DNA of 64,000 nucleotides, from NCBI GenBank assembly GCA_015232565.1, contig JADFZK010000007.1, positions 664 through 64,663 on the forward strand, read 5' to 3'. This document shows, piece after piece, positions 28,186 through 37,539 of this stretch (positions within the stretch are counted from its first letter, which is position 1; each line of letters begins with the position of its first letter). The notes under the pieces were generated by a model, which worked only from the letters and a program-made list of their open reading frames with translations, was not told where the DNA came from and ran no database searches. This stretch comes from Candidatus Omnitrophota bacterium (lineage in GTDB: Bacteria > Omnitrophota > Gorgyraeia > Zapsychrales > Fredricksoniimonadaceae). The position numbers and the translations under genes are program-made.

Positions 28186-28385
28186 AAAGATCCCTCTCCC
28201 TGCTGATCATTTCGGGATGCACTTTAATGGCCCTGCAGATCGGCGTGAATATCCGACTTCAACACGCTGACCCGGTGGCCATTACCGAAACAGTCTCGCC
28301 CGCGCAGATCATCGCGCTCCGCTCCGAGCTGGAAGCCAAAGGCTTGGCTTTATATCCCGCTTTGTACTGGAACGAGGTAAAATAA
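28182..28385 (+). CDS. Small membrane-anchored or exported hypothetical protein (67 aa)
   Basis: ATGA overlap with the upstream stop. Hydrophobic N-terminus; ends GLALYPALYWNEVK. Confidence 0.6.
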   Translation: MKRSLSLLIISGCTLMALQIGVNIRLQHADPVAITETVSPAQIIALRSELEAKGLALYPALYWNEVK

Positions 28386-28389
28386 GCTT

Positions 28390-29364
28390 ATGCCAAAGAT
28401 CGAATGCACTTTATGCCCGCGCAAATGCAAACTGGGACATGGCCAGCGCGGCGATTGCCGCGTGCGCACCAATGTTGGCGGCCGGTTATTTTCACTTGCC
28501 TTCGGCAACCCCTGCGCGGTACACACGGATCCTATCGAGAAAAAACCGGTGTTCCATATGCTCCCGGGAACCACCGCTTTTTCCATCGCCACCGCCGGCT
28601 GTAACCTGCACTGCCTGTACTGCCAGAACTGGGAGATCTCGCAACGCCCGCCGGAAGAAACCAGCAACACCACGCTCCCGCCGGAAGAAGTGGTAGCCAG
28701 CGCGCTCAAGGCCGGTTGCCGCAGTATTGCCTACACTTATTCCGAGCCGATCGTTTTCTACGAATACACCCTGGAGACCTCGCGTTTAGCCCACAAAAAA
28801 GGCCTCCGGAACATCCTGGTAACGGCCGGATACATTGAACAGGAACCGCTGGTTGAACTTTGCAAAGTAACTACCGCGGCCAGCGTGAACCTTAAAGGCA
28901 TAACCGAGGATTTCTATAAAAAGATGTGCAACGCTTCGTTAAAGCCCGTGCAGGAAGCCATCCTGACCATGAAGAAAAACGGGGTATGGGTGGAAATAAT
29001 AAATCTGGTAATACCCACCTGGAACGACAGCGACGCCGACCTGCGCGGGCTGGCCCGCTGGGTAAAAGAGAACTGCGGGAAAGATACCCCTTTGCACCTC
29101 TCCCGTTTCTGGCCCATGCATAAACTGCAGAATTTACCGCCCACTCCGGAAGCCACGCTTAACCGCGCCTGGGAGCTTTCGCGTGCCGAGGGACTGGCTC
29201 ACGTTTATGTGGGCAATATCCCGCAACATCCCGGCAACAACACCACCTGCCCGGCGTGCGGGAAAACCATCATTCAGCGTTACGGCTATGAGATCCAGGA
29301 GAATAACCTGAAAAAAGGAAAATGCGGATACTGCGGTGTCCCTATTCCAGGAATATGGGAGTAA
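28390..29364 (+). CDS. amrS: AmmeMemoRadiSam system radical SAM enzyme
   Basis: Motifs CTLCPRKC, GDCRVR, DPIEKKP, GCNLHCLYCQNWEISQ, AYTYSEP, LHLSRFWP, VYVGN and TTCPACG. Confidence 0.9.
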   Translation: MPKIECTLCPRKCKLGHGQRGDCRVRTNVGGRLFSLAFGNPCAVHTDPIEKKPVFHMLPGTTAFSIATAGCNLHCLYCQNWEISQRPPEETSNTTLPPEEVVASALKAGCRSIAYTYSEPIVFYEYTLETSRLAHKKGLRNILVTAGYIEQEPLVELCKVTTAASVNLKGITEDFYKKMCNASLKPVQEAILTMKKNGVWVEIINLVIPTWNDSDADLRGLARWVKENCGKDTPLHLSRFWPMHKLQNLPPTPEATLNRAWELSRAEGLAHVYVGNIPQHPGNNTTCPACGKTIIQRYGYEIQENNLKKGKCGYCGVPIPGIWE

Positions 29365-29375
29365 AAAACATTCCT

Positions 29376-29531
29376 ATGAACAGAAATCAATTCCTGAAAT
29401 TATGTTTAGCCAGCCTGGGAGCGATCACCCTGGCCAAATTATCCGGCGGGGCATTAACTGGTAAGAAACCTTATCCCCAGCTCAAGGAAGCCTTATTTTA
29501 CCGCCGCAGTCCCGACAGCCTGGCGGGTTAA
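29376..29531 (+). CDS. Small protein with Tat-like signal (51 aa)
   Basis: MNRNQFLKLCLASLG... is a variant twin-arginine motif; ends LKEALFYRRSPDSLAG. Directly follows amrS. Confidence 0.55.
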   Translation: MNRNQFLKLCLASLGAITLAKLSGGALTGKKPYPQLKEALFYRRSPDSLAG

Positions 29532-31483
29532 GACGCCGTTCTGGCGACTCCCCGGCCTTGCGCCAGATAGACCGCAAAATGCAAGGCCGCGGCAAATGCA
29601 AAAGCTTGCGGCATACCCCACAAAGGGATCAGGAAAACTCCCCCTAACAAAGCGCCGGGCACCGCCCCCAGCAGATCCAGCCCATAAGCCTTTGGGACCG
29701 AAGCTATATCGTCGGAAGCCATTCTGAATATCCAGCCGCCGCAATAACCCGCCATAAACGGCAATACCACCAGAAAAACCATCGCCCAGGCGTTGTTATG
29801 CATAACATATGGAGCCAGAAAGCCGGCCGCCGCCAGCAGAACACCTCCCGCCAAAACCGCCTTACCCAAGCCAACACTGCTGGAAAGTTGCCAACTGCCG
29901 CAGGCCAAACCCAGCATGAACAGCGCCAGCAAACCACCCAGCAGACTGTAGACATTCCCGAAAACGGTTTGCAATATCATAACTACCCCGACCTGAAAAA
30001 GCATCTGGCTGAACCCCGCGACCACCAGCGCGGCCCGCGCATTGGCGCTTACCCCGCGAGCCCAAAAGAAAACCACCACCGGCAACACCCACAACCATAA
30101 AGAATATTTACGGAAGAATGCCGCCAAGGCCGAAAACCCCGCACCCGTCCGGACAGTTTGATAAACCAGGTTATCCACCACCGCCAAAGGCCGGAGATCA
30201 GTATTTACCTCGCCCCCGCCTTGAACCAGGTCGCTGGCGGCCTCTACCCGCCGTAAACTCAGTCGATCATTGAAGAATTCAGGACGCACAAAACGAGTAG
30301 CCACTCCGCGCGCCTTAAGGCGCGCCGAAAGAATTGCCGGATCAATCTTATCCGACCCGGTTAAAAAAATATATCGCCCGCCGGGAATCACCGCAACACG
30401 GCCGAACACGCTCTTAAGCGTTGCGTACAGACCGGAAAGTGCCCGTCGGCCTTCGCTATTTACATATTCTTCCGACGCGCTCATTGTTGCGGAGAATATG
30501 CCGTTCACCGTCAGGGCCGCGCGGGCATCGGCAAAAAACTCCCGGGTATAATATCGGCCCGCCAAAGCCGACAAAGGATCCCCGGCGGCAACAATTATCA
30601 CGTCATAAGGCCCGCGCCGCTCACGCAACCAGCGGCGGCCATCACCCACCAGAACCCGGACCCGGGGATCCTGCAATGACTGCGCCACATCAGGAAAAAG
30701 ATCCCGCACCAGGGCCGCAACCTGGGCGTCTTGTTCAACCACGTCCAGGCACAACCCGGGATATTTTAAGGCCTCGGCGACCGCTCCGCTGGCCAGGCCG
30801 CCGATCAGCAATACTTTCAGCGGAGCCGGATGGGCCAGCAAAGAATAATGTACTGTTTCCTCGGCGGTCAAAGCGTCACGCGTGGTTGCAGTATGCAGGC
30901 CGTTTACGAACAAACTGCGTGCACCGCCTCGCTCGGCCACCACCAGGGAAGCGTAGGGCGTTTCCCGGGCGGCCAACACCTGATAGCCGGGCCACTGGCC
31001 GGAACGGACTAAACTGTCAGCATTACATCCGGGGCCAACAAACCACAGCGCGGTCAAAAAAGCTCCCGCCGCAAACCCGATCGATTCCAAAGCATAGGTC
31101 CGGGCTCCCTGGCCCGGAGCGCCACCGGACACCAAAGCGCGAAAACAGGTCCCGCCCAGGAATCCGGCCGGGAAAACCGCCAGGATAACTACCGCCAGAG
31201 TAGCAAAAAAACCGGTCGATTCTCCCAAAGACCAGCCCAGCCACAGCCGCACATAACGCACGGCCCAGAACGCGAACAATGCGGTCAGCAAACATAAAAC
31301 CAGCCCTGTCCGGCCAGGCTTACCCGCCCGCCAGATCAGACTGCCCGCCGCTATACCGATGGTCCACGCGGCCAGCAAAAGACTGAAGACCAGTTCATTG
31401 CCATACAATACCGCCATCAGCTCACGAAAAAGCCCAACCTGGACCACCGCCAGCCCCAAACCCAAAAGAAAAGCGCGGAACAT
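29528..31483 (-). CDS. Membrane-fused spermidine-synthase-like protein (TM - SAM-fold - TM) with degenerate active site
   Basis: N-terminal RELMAVLYGNEL TM block; KVLLIGG..., RVLVGDGR, YDVIIVAAGDP and YYTREFF; C-terminal TM block ending YGLDLLGA. Confidence 0.8.
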   Translation of the reverse strand: MFRAFLLGLGLAVVQVGLFRELMAVLYGNELVFSLLLAAWTIGIAAGSLIWRAGKPGRTGLVLCLLTALFAFWAVRYVRLWLGWSLGESTGFFATLAVVILAVFPAGFLGGTCFRALVSGGAPGQGARTYALESIGFAAGAFLTALWFVGPGCNADSLVRSGQWPGYQVLAARETPYASLVVAERGGARSLFVNGLHTATTRDALTAEETVHYSLLAHPAPLKVLLIGGLASGAVAEALKYPGLCLDVVEQDAQVAALVRDLFPDVAQSLQDPRVRVLVGDGRRWLRERRGPYDVIIVAAGDPLSALAGRYYTREFFADARAALTVNGIFSATMSASEEYVNSEGRRALSGLYATLKSVFGRVAVIPGGRYIFLTGSDKIDPAILSARLKARGVATRFVRPEFFNDRLSLRRVEAASDLVQGGGEVNTDLRPLAVVDNLVYQTVRTGAGFSALAAFFRKYSLWLWVLPVVVFFWARGVSANARAALVVAGFSQMLFQVGVVMILQTVFGNVYSLLGGLLALFMLGLACGSWQLSSSVGLGKAVLAGGVLLAAAGFLAPYVMHNNAWAMVFLVVLPFMAGYCGGWIFRMASDDIASVPKAYGLDLLGAVPGALLGGVFLIPLWGMPQAFAFAAALHFAVYLAQGRGVARTAS

Positions 31484-31527
31484 TTGTCCCGCGCTTTTCT
31501 TTACATCACTAGTGGATCCAGTGCAGA

Positions 31528-32208
31528 TCATTTATTGATATTCTGTTTGTTAAAGAAATCCCAAAGAATCTTGGCCGCCAGGTCTTTACCGCCCAAACCA
31601 AAGGCCAGGGCTAAAGCCAGGCAAGTTGCGGCAAAAAAGATCTGGAAAGTAGTCGTTACAAAGAACGAAGCCACATTCAACTCTTCCAATACAACTACGG
31701 TGGTAAATACCAGGATCGCACCCTTGGCAATACTGCCCAGGAACTCGGCACGCGACAAGCCGGCATCGGAAGCCGTGGCCTTGATGACCCCCGATATCAG
31801 GTTGGCCAGGAACATCCCCACGATCAAAACGAACACCGCGGAAACCACGTTGGGTATATAGGAAGAGACTTTGACCAAAAGCGTAGCCGCCACGTTCAAG
31901 CCGATAGCATCAACCGTAATTGCAAAGACCACGATCATGGCCATCCAGTACACCGCCGAAACCATTAAAGCAGTCGGCGACAAAAGCACATTGCCTTTGT
32001 TTAAAAGATCGGTGAGACCTATTTTGGCCGCAAGATCATTGAACTTTATCGCTTCCAAACCTTTCTGAACCATACCGCTGGCAACTTTGGCGATCACCCA
32101 CCCCATAAGCAGAACGACCAGGGCTCCGAACAGCACCGGAACGAACGACGCCACCTTGGTGAACATAGTCTTGACCGGGTCCAGAATTATTAGATCCCAT
32201 CCGTACAT
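31528..32208 (-). CDS. CmpX / mechanosensitive-channel TM-helix family protein
   Basis: Repeated (F/Y)(V/I)PxxxxAxxVL helices and the C-terminal ALALAFGLGGKD motif. Confidence 0.85.
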   Translation of the reverse strand: MYGWDLIILDPVKTMFTKVASFVPVLFGALVVLLMGWVIAKVASGMVQKGLEAIKFNDLAAKIGLTDLLNKGNVLLSPTALMVSAVYWMAMIVVFAITVDAIGLNVAATLLVKVSSYIPNVVSAVFVLIVGMFLANLISGVIKATASDAGLSRAEFLGSIAKGAILVFTTVVVLEELNVASFFVTTTFQIFFAATCLALALAFGLGGKDLAAKILWDFFNKQNINK

Positions 32209-32302
32209 AAGCCCCTCCTTGTTATGGTTTTACAGAATACCCACATTGTATACCAAACTTGTTCCACCGGACTGAAAAACTTTGGAATAAAGTTTATCAA
32301 TT

Positions 32303-34066
32303 TCAATAACCGGTTCTGATACGGCCGGCATCACGGCGCAAAGGGAATACCGGATGTACAATGGAATTCACATTTGCCAGATCAGCAATAAGATCATACT
32401 GCCCGGCTTCGGCCAAACCCAGGCGTAAGCGCTCATTGGTCATCACCCTGAGATCGTTTGTTTTTAAAGGCTGAAAGGTTGTCAGGTCGCGCTCTTCTGC
32501 CGAGGCCATGATAAAACCGGCAGTCAAGGCAAAAAGATAGCCCCGCAAAACCTCAACCTCACTACCCACTGCCGCCAGGGCGGCCGGGTCAGAATCTTCC
32601 AGCCGGGAAAAGAAAGGCGTCAAGGACCGGTACCCCGCGGCGGAAAGGCTATTGCTCAAAATGTCCCAGACCTTTCTTTCGTCACGCGACCTCTCGTTGG
32701 CCAGCCCCGGGGCATCAATAATCAGCAACCCGCCGGAAGCTAAACGCGCCCGCACAAAAGAGTAAAATTCACGGCTATACAATTTCGCCAGATCAAAATC
32801 GTCCGGATTAGGAAAATCACAAAAGACCATATCAAACTGTTCCCGGGAACGGCGCACATACTGGTAAGCATCTCCTTTTACCACCCGCACCCGGGGATCG
32901 ATCAGGGAGTTATGGTTTAAGTCGGCCAGAGCCCGGACATTCCGGAAAATAGCCAACACCAGCGGGTCAATATCGACCAGTACCACTTCCTTGACGGAAG
33001 GATATTTTAATACTTCCCGTAAAAGCAAACCGTCACCCGCTCCCAGGATCAGGACCTTCTGCGGCGCCCGCTCCTGCGCCGCTACCGGAATATGCGCAAA
33101 AGCCTCGTGATAAATACGCTCAAATGAGACCGCGAACTGAAAATCATTATTCAGGAACAATACCGCGCCTTCCAGGTCTTTATTCTGCCCGGGCTCCGGC
33201 TTTATGTAAGCCGCTCCGAGGGCCCGGGCCTCGGGACCAATATCATCGGCGGTAACCAGGTCTATCACCTGGTAAGGCGAACGCAGGCGCTCCACCCGCC
33301 CGGGATAAATACGCGGCTTAAAGAATTCAACCGGCGTAAGCGCATCCTGAAAACTGAAATAATATTTTGCCGTGAAATAACCTTCGATCCGCGGGGAAAT
33401 GCAGTATAAAGCAGTGAGCAAAAAGACCAATAACCAGACGCGTTTGCGTCCGGACCGCGCGCGGGAATGCCACAACAACCACAAAGCCGCCACGGCATTT
33501 ATTAGCGCCACCAGCACAGCGGCAGACATAATACTCATCGCGGGCAAAATGACTAAAGGGAAAACCAGGCCGGCGGCCAGTGATCCGGCATAATCCGCCA
33601 ACAGTATCCTGGCCACTTTCTCCCCGGGCGTACTGGCGGGTTTACCGGCGGGAACTTCCTCGGCCATTAACATCAGCAAGGGCAGTTCCATGCCAGCTCC
33701 GATGCCAACCCCTAAAGAAGCCAGGAAAGCCACCCCAAAGAAAAGCCCGCGGCCCAAAAGATCGTTACCCGTCAAGCTCAGGAATAACCCGCCCAAAGCC
33801 GCGCAATAAACCGCCAGAACCGAAACCCCACCCGCCAAAGCCAGGCCGGACTCTACCTTTAATAATCTACGCCAGGCGGGTTCTTTGTTGCCTGCCAGGC
33901 CGGTAAGCCAGGCCCCCAAACCCATGCCTCCGATAAATATGCCGACCGCCAAAGCATACCAGATAGCATTATTAACCGCCCACAAAGACACCGCGCGCGC
34001 GATCAACAGCTCGTAAAAGAGCGCGCAGAACGCCAGCACGAAGGTGAACGGATAAATGAAGGTCAT
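32303..34066 (-). CDS. speE: Membrane-fused polyamine aminopropyltransferase (spermidine synthase)
   Basis: TM N-terminus (YELL, GMELPLL, DYAGSL) followed by SPYQ, ERIYHE, LILGAGDG, VDID, GDA, DFPNP and LYSREFY. Confidence 0.85.
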   Translation of the reverse strand: MTFIYPFTFVLAFCALFYELLIARAVSLWAVNNAIWYALAVGIFIGGMGLGAWLTGLAGNKEPAWRRLLKVESGLALAGGVSVLAVYCAALGGLFLSLTGNDLLGRGLFFGVAFLASLGVGIGAGMELPLLMLMAEEVPAGKPASTPGEKVARILLADYAGSLAAGLVFPLVILPAMSIMSAAVLVALINAVAALWLLWHSRARSGRKRVWLLVFLLTALYCISPRIEGYFTAKYYFSFQDALTPVEFFKPRIYPGRVERLRSPYQVIDLVTADDIGPEARALGAAYIKPEPGQNKDLEGAVLFLNNDFQFAVSFERIYHEAFAHIPVAAQERAPQKVLILGAGDGLLLREVLKYPSVKEVVLVDIDPLVLAIFRNVRALADLNHNSLIDPRVRVVKGDAYQYVRRSREQFDMVFCDFPNPDDFDLAKLYSREFYSFVRARLASGGLLIIDAPGLANERSRDERKVWDILSNSLSAAGYRSLTPFFSRLEDSDPAALAAVGSEVEVLRGYLFALTAGFIMASAEERDLTTFQPLKTNDLRVMTNERLRLGLAEAGQYDLIADLANVNSIVHPVFPLRRDAGRIRTGY

Positions 34067-34428
34067 TGGTCGTTGAACCCGCGAGTAAAAACCCTGATAT
34101 CAACGTGCGCCGCCTGAAAAGATTGTTTTAAGTGTTCGATGGCCCGCTCAGGAAACATAACACCGCAGGTCAGGATGTCAAAGGCGACATAACCCGCTTC
34201 CGGCCAGGTGTGCAGGGAAAAATGCGACTCGGCGATGAAGATCATCCCGGTAACCCCCCGCGGCTCGAACTGATGGAAAAAAGATTCCAGGATGGTCGCC
34301 CCGCTCAAGCGCGCGGCTTCCAGGAAGGGTTCTCGGATATCGGCAATACAGGAAACTTTCTCCGCCGGACAACCGCTGAACTCCACCAGATAATGTTTCC
34401 CGAAAGAGTGGTCCCGGTCGTCCATCAA
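34063..34428 (-). CDS. speD: S-adenosylmethionine decarboxylase proenzyme
   Basis: Motifs GKHYLVEF, HQFEPRGVTG, cleavage site AESHFSLHTWPE and DILTCG. Confidence 0.92.
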   Translation of the reverse strand: MMDDRDHSFGKHYLVEFSGCPAEKVSCIADIREPFLEAARLSGATILESFFHQFEPRGVTGMIFIAESHFSLHTWPEAGYVAFDILTCGVMFPERAIEHLKQSFQAAHVDIRVFTRGFNDQ

Positions 34429-35099
34429 TTCACCGCCCCAAGGTAAAATGCCAGTAAGCCTTTTTCCAGCCCCGTGCTAACCGCCAGGACTGCCGTCGCG
34501 CCGCCTAACAAGGCCAGTGAAGCGGCCAAAGCCGGGCCGCGCAATTCCTCGAGATCGGTGCCGTACTTTACGCTTACCGCCACCGCGGCCAAAGCATTCA
34601 GCACCACCACCTGAAAAACCGCCCGCACCAAGCCTGCCGTTGGATAAAAATAAAATACGAAAACCAAAGTTGCCACACAAGCGCCCGCGTAATCAATAGC
34701 GATCAGGCCGGATCGGGAAGGCTGGCCGCTCCGCCCGGCCATCAGCAACATCAAGGGCAATTCCAGTCCGGTAAGAAAACCGATCAAGGCTACCAGAAAA
34801 TACGCCCAGATCACCACCAGGAAGACCGGCAGATTCAGGCCGGAAACAATAAAAAGACTGACGATGCTTCCCGCACCCGCCCAAGCCAGCAACACTTCCG
34901 CCTGCCACAGCACCAAAGCCGGACGACGAGTATCCAACCTGGCCGAAGCCAGCGAACCCAGCCCCATAGCAAACATATACAGGCCGATAGTCGTGCAATA
35001 ACGCAGAACGGTATTATCCAGGAAAGCCGAAAGGCCCTGGGCCAGGATCAATTCGTAGGACAAACCACAGAAAGCGAGGATGAATTTAAGGCTCAGCAT
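34425..35099 (-). CDS. Stand-alone membrane domain homologous to the N-terminus of fused spermidine synthases
   Basis: Motifs CGLSYELI, IGLYMFAMGLGS, GLELPLM and IDYAGA parallel the N-terminus of 32303-34066. No catalytic domain. Confidence 0.78.
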   Translation of the reverse strand: MLSLKFILAFCGLSYELILAQGLSAFLDNTVLRYCTTIGLYMFAMGLGSLASARLDTRRPALVLWQAEVLLAWAGAGSIVSLFIVSGLNLPVFLVVIWAYFLVALIGFLTGLELPLMLLMAGRSGQPSRSGLIAIDYAGACVATLVFVFYFYPTAGLVRAVFQVVVLNALAAVAVSVKYGTDLEELRGPALAASLALLGGATAVLAVSTGLEKGLLAFYLGAVN

Positions 35100-35144
35100 A
35101 TCCCTGCCTTTAAAAAAGATTAAGGGTGCTCAACCACACCAGGC

Positions 35145-36896
35145 TCAACCGTTACTCTGGATCACCCTTAACAGTTCCCGGGCGGCTTCCTGCGGGCCTT
35201 TTTGTTCCCAGCCGGCCAGCCCTAAACGACTGCGCATCTGCCCCACAAAAACATTCCGGCTAAAGAAAGCCTCGAAATATCTCCGGGCCAACGGCTCATG
35301 CAGTTCCCGGAACTGCGCCGGGCCAAAAACATTGGCGTAATAAGAATGCACCAGACCGGTGGTCGTGGTAGTACCCTTGCTCATTGCGGTACCCTCGCGG
35401 AAGACCGACATGGCCTGATCGGCCGATTTGAACCGTTCAATGATCGGATGGTCATCGTCGATGCCGTCGTAATTATTGGCGTATAACACAAAATCGACCT
35501 TATGCCCTTTAACAACATTATCAAAAGTGGTCACCGGGATTATGATCCGGGCATTAACCTGGTTGGCGCTCATGATAATGGCCCGGTCGATCTGCCCCAG
35601 GGCATAACCCGGCTGAAGGTCGTCCAGGCGCAGAAAAGCGCCGATCTCGGTACCATAACCCAGAATATCGCCATTGAACCCTAAATTGATCGAACCCATG
35701 TCGTCGGCAATAATGATCAGGTCCTGGATAACATCTTCGCCCAGGCCGCGCAAAGCTTCCAGCGTTTCCGATTTGCCCGCGCCGGTATCGCCGATAAAAA
35801 GGATATTGCGGTCAATATCGCCCTTAAGGATTATGCGTACCATCGCGCCGTGGAACGGCAGGCGCCCGCGCTTCATCATGATCACATTATGCAGGGTCAG
35901 GATCATCTTTTTCACATAACCGAAATAGCCATATTCCGGCTTGAGCGGAATTGCCGCGGCCAGAAGATCATTCTTGCGGTCATCAAAGAAAACCTGCCCC
36001 TGATTAAACCGGGCCAAAGCCTCTTCCGCAACGCCATACGCATATACCGCGTCGGGCTTGCGCTTCAGGTCCTCATCGCTGGCCATCTCGAACAAATTGG
36101 CCAAAGAATGGCCGAGCTCGGTAAAAGCATTGTGAAAATATACCAAAATGACCAGCTCCCCGACCTTGGCCGGATAGCACAACCACTCCTGGGGATTAAA
36201 AGTCAGCCCCTTCAGCGGGCTTTCCAAAACCGGCTCAATACGTCCGGTGCGCTTGTTCATGGGCGGCTGAAGGATAAGCGGCGGATACAAAAGTATCTGC
36301 CGGATCATGGGGACTTTGTTCAGCTCGGCGTATTCGGCCGGCAAAGGCACCCCGTATTTGACCGCAATGGTCGAGACCTCGCCACCCGCCGCCACCTGAC
36401 GATAAATACGCGGATGCTGGCCGGTAACGTTCTCCTGGATATCACGGTACATCCCGCGCACCAGATTGGTTAAATGCCCGATAGTCAAATTAAACGTGCG
36501 ATACGGCTTGGTATCCTGGTCCTGGGACAGCTTCTGGTCGGTGATTATAAAGCGGTCAAAACTGCGCCAGAAATTATACAAATACTCAATAAGGTCATTC
36601 AACAATAAAGGATTCCTCAGCAGGACTTCGGCTCCGTCGGAAGAACAACGGGCCTGGGCCGCCGGCATTTTAACCAGGGCTTTCAACGTTTCAATGAACA
36701 CCTTGATCTCGTCGGCACCGACCGTCCGTTTACCGAACACATCCAGCAATATGGAGTTGCGTTTCACCAGCTTGTGAAAAGCCGCCGTCACCACGCCCTT
36801 GAACAGGTCGCTGTCAAGAACCTCGGCTTCAGTGGCGCAAACATTCTCGCGCAACTGCAGGATGATTTTATTGTCGATCATTTGATACGATGCCAT
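35145..36896 (-). CDS. Atypical PEP carboxykinase-like P-loop protein
   Basis: YFGYVKK, PFHGA, GDTGAGKSE, IADDMG and GTEIGAF are counterparts of PEPCK YxGxxKK, H, P-loop and DD motifs. The N-terminus is divergent. Confidence 0.75.
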   Translation of the reverse strand: MASYQMIDNKIILQLRENVCATEAEVLDSDLFKGVVTAAFHKLVKRNSILLDVFGKRTVGADEIKVFIETLKALVKMPAAQARCSSDGAEVLLRNPLLLNDLIEYLYNFWRSFDRFIITDQKLSQDQDTKPYRTFNLTIGHLTNLVRGMYRDIQENVTGQHPRIYRQVAAGGEVSTIAVKYGVPLPAEYAELNKVPMIRQILLYPPLILQPPMNKRTGRIEPVLESPLKGLTFNPQEWLCYPAKVGELVILVYFHNAFTELGHSLANLFEMASDEDLKRKPDAVYAYGVAEEALARFNQGQVFFDDRKNDLLAAAIPLKPEYGYFGYVKKMILTLHNVIMMKRGRLPFHGAMVRIILKGDIDRNILFIGDTGAGKSETLEALRGLGEDVIQDLIIIADDMGSINLGFNGDILGYGTEIGAFLRLDDLQPGYALGQIDRAIIMSANQVNARIIIPVTTFDNVVKGHKVDFVLYANNYDGIDDDHPIIERFKSADQAMSVFREGTAMSKGTTTTTGLVHSYYANVFGPAQFRELHEPLARRYFEAFFSRNVFVGQMRSRLGLAGWEQKGPQEAARELLRVIQSNG

Positions 36897-36903
36897 AAAA
36901 ACC

Positions 36904-37539
36904 TCATGTCTTTCTATTGAATCGTTGATTTATGCTCACCCGTTCAAGGGCTTTTTTTAAAGCCAGATTAACGGGGTAACTTTCGCGCGTCATGGCGGGA
37001 TCCACCATTGCCGCGCGCATGACGAAGTCGCTCATCATCGGCGGCACGATCGTGCCTTTTCCTACTTTCTCCAACACCAGCTCGGTTTGCACAGGACGAA
37101 TTTCCTTGAATACCCGGCACGTCACCAGGCGGGGCCGCTCGTGTTTGTCCTTGTTCCCGGCATAACCGAACAAACGGCAAACCAATGGCCGATATTCATA
37201 AAACAAACATTGCCCGCCGCTTTGCTCCTTGGAAAAGAACACACACAGCCCGGTAAAACCGCCAGCTTTGGCCCGATCGTACCACTCATCCACTTTACCG
37301 ACCCGGGCCAGCGCAAAAGCCGCCGGCAACATTTCCAGCTCACTGGCTTCGACAGTGGAATGCAAACAACATAAACCGCAGGGACTTGGGCAATTAAGTC
37401 CGGAAGCAGACTTAAAGCGGGCGGTAGCCTGGTCCAAAGAACGATAAACCGCTTTCATCCGTTGGGACTTTTCCCATAAAGCCCCGCCGAACGATAAATG
37501 CAACCGGCTCTGGCACCAGCCCCAAAAAGAAACTGGCAT
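36904..37539 (-). CDS. YkgJ family cysteine-cluster protein
   Basis: Motifs CPSPCGLCC, CVFF and CLFYEYRPLVCRLFG. Confidence 0.85.
   Translation of the reverse strand: MPVSFWGWCQSRLHLSFGGALWEKSQRMKAVYRSLDQATARFKSASGLNCPSPCGLCCLHSTVEASELEMLPAAFALARVGKVDEWYDRAKAGGFTGLCVFFSKEQSGGQCLFYEYRPLVCRLFGYAGNKDKHERPRLVTCRVFKEIRPVQTELVLEKVGKGTIVPPMMSDFVMRAAMVDPAMTRESYPVNLALKKALERVSINQRFNRKT

Noticed and set aside
32277-32295. AAACTTT-GGAAT-AAAGTTT palindrome upstream of the CmpX-like gene
   Set aside because: Short, AT-rich and single-copy; cannot be assigned.
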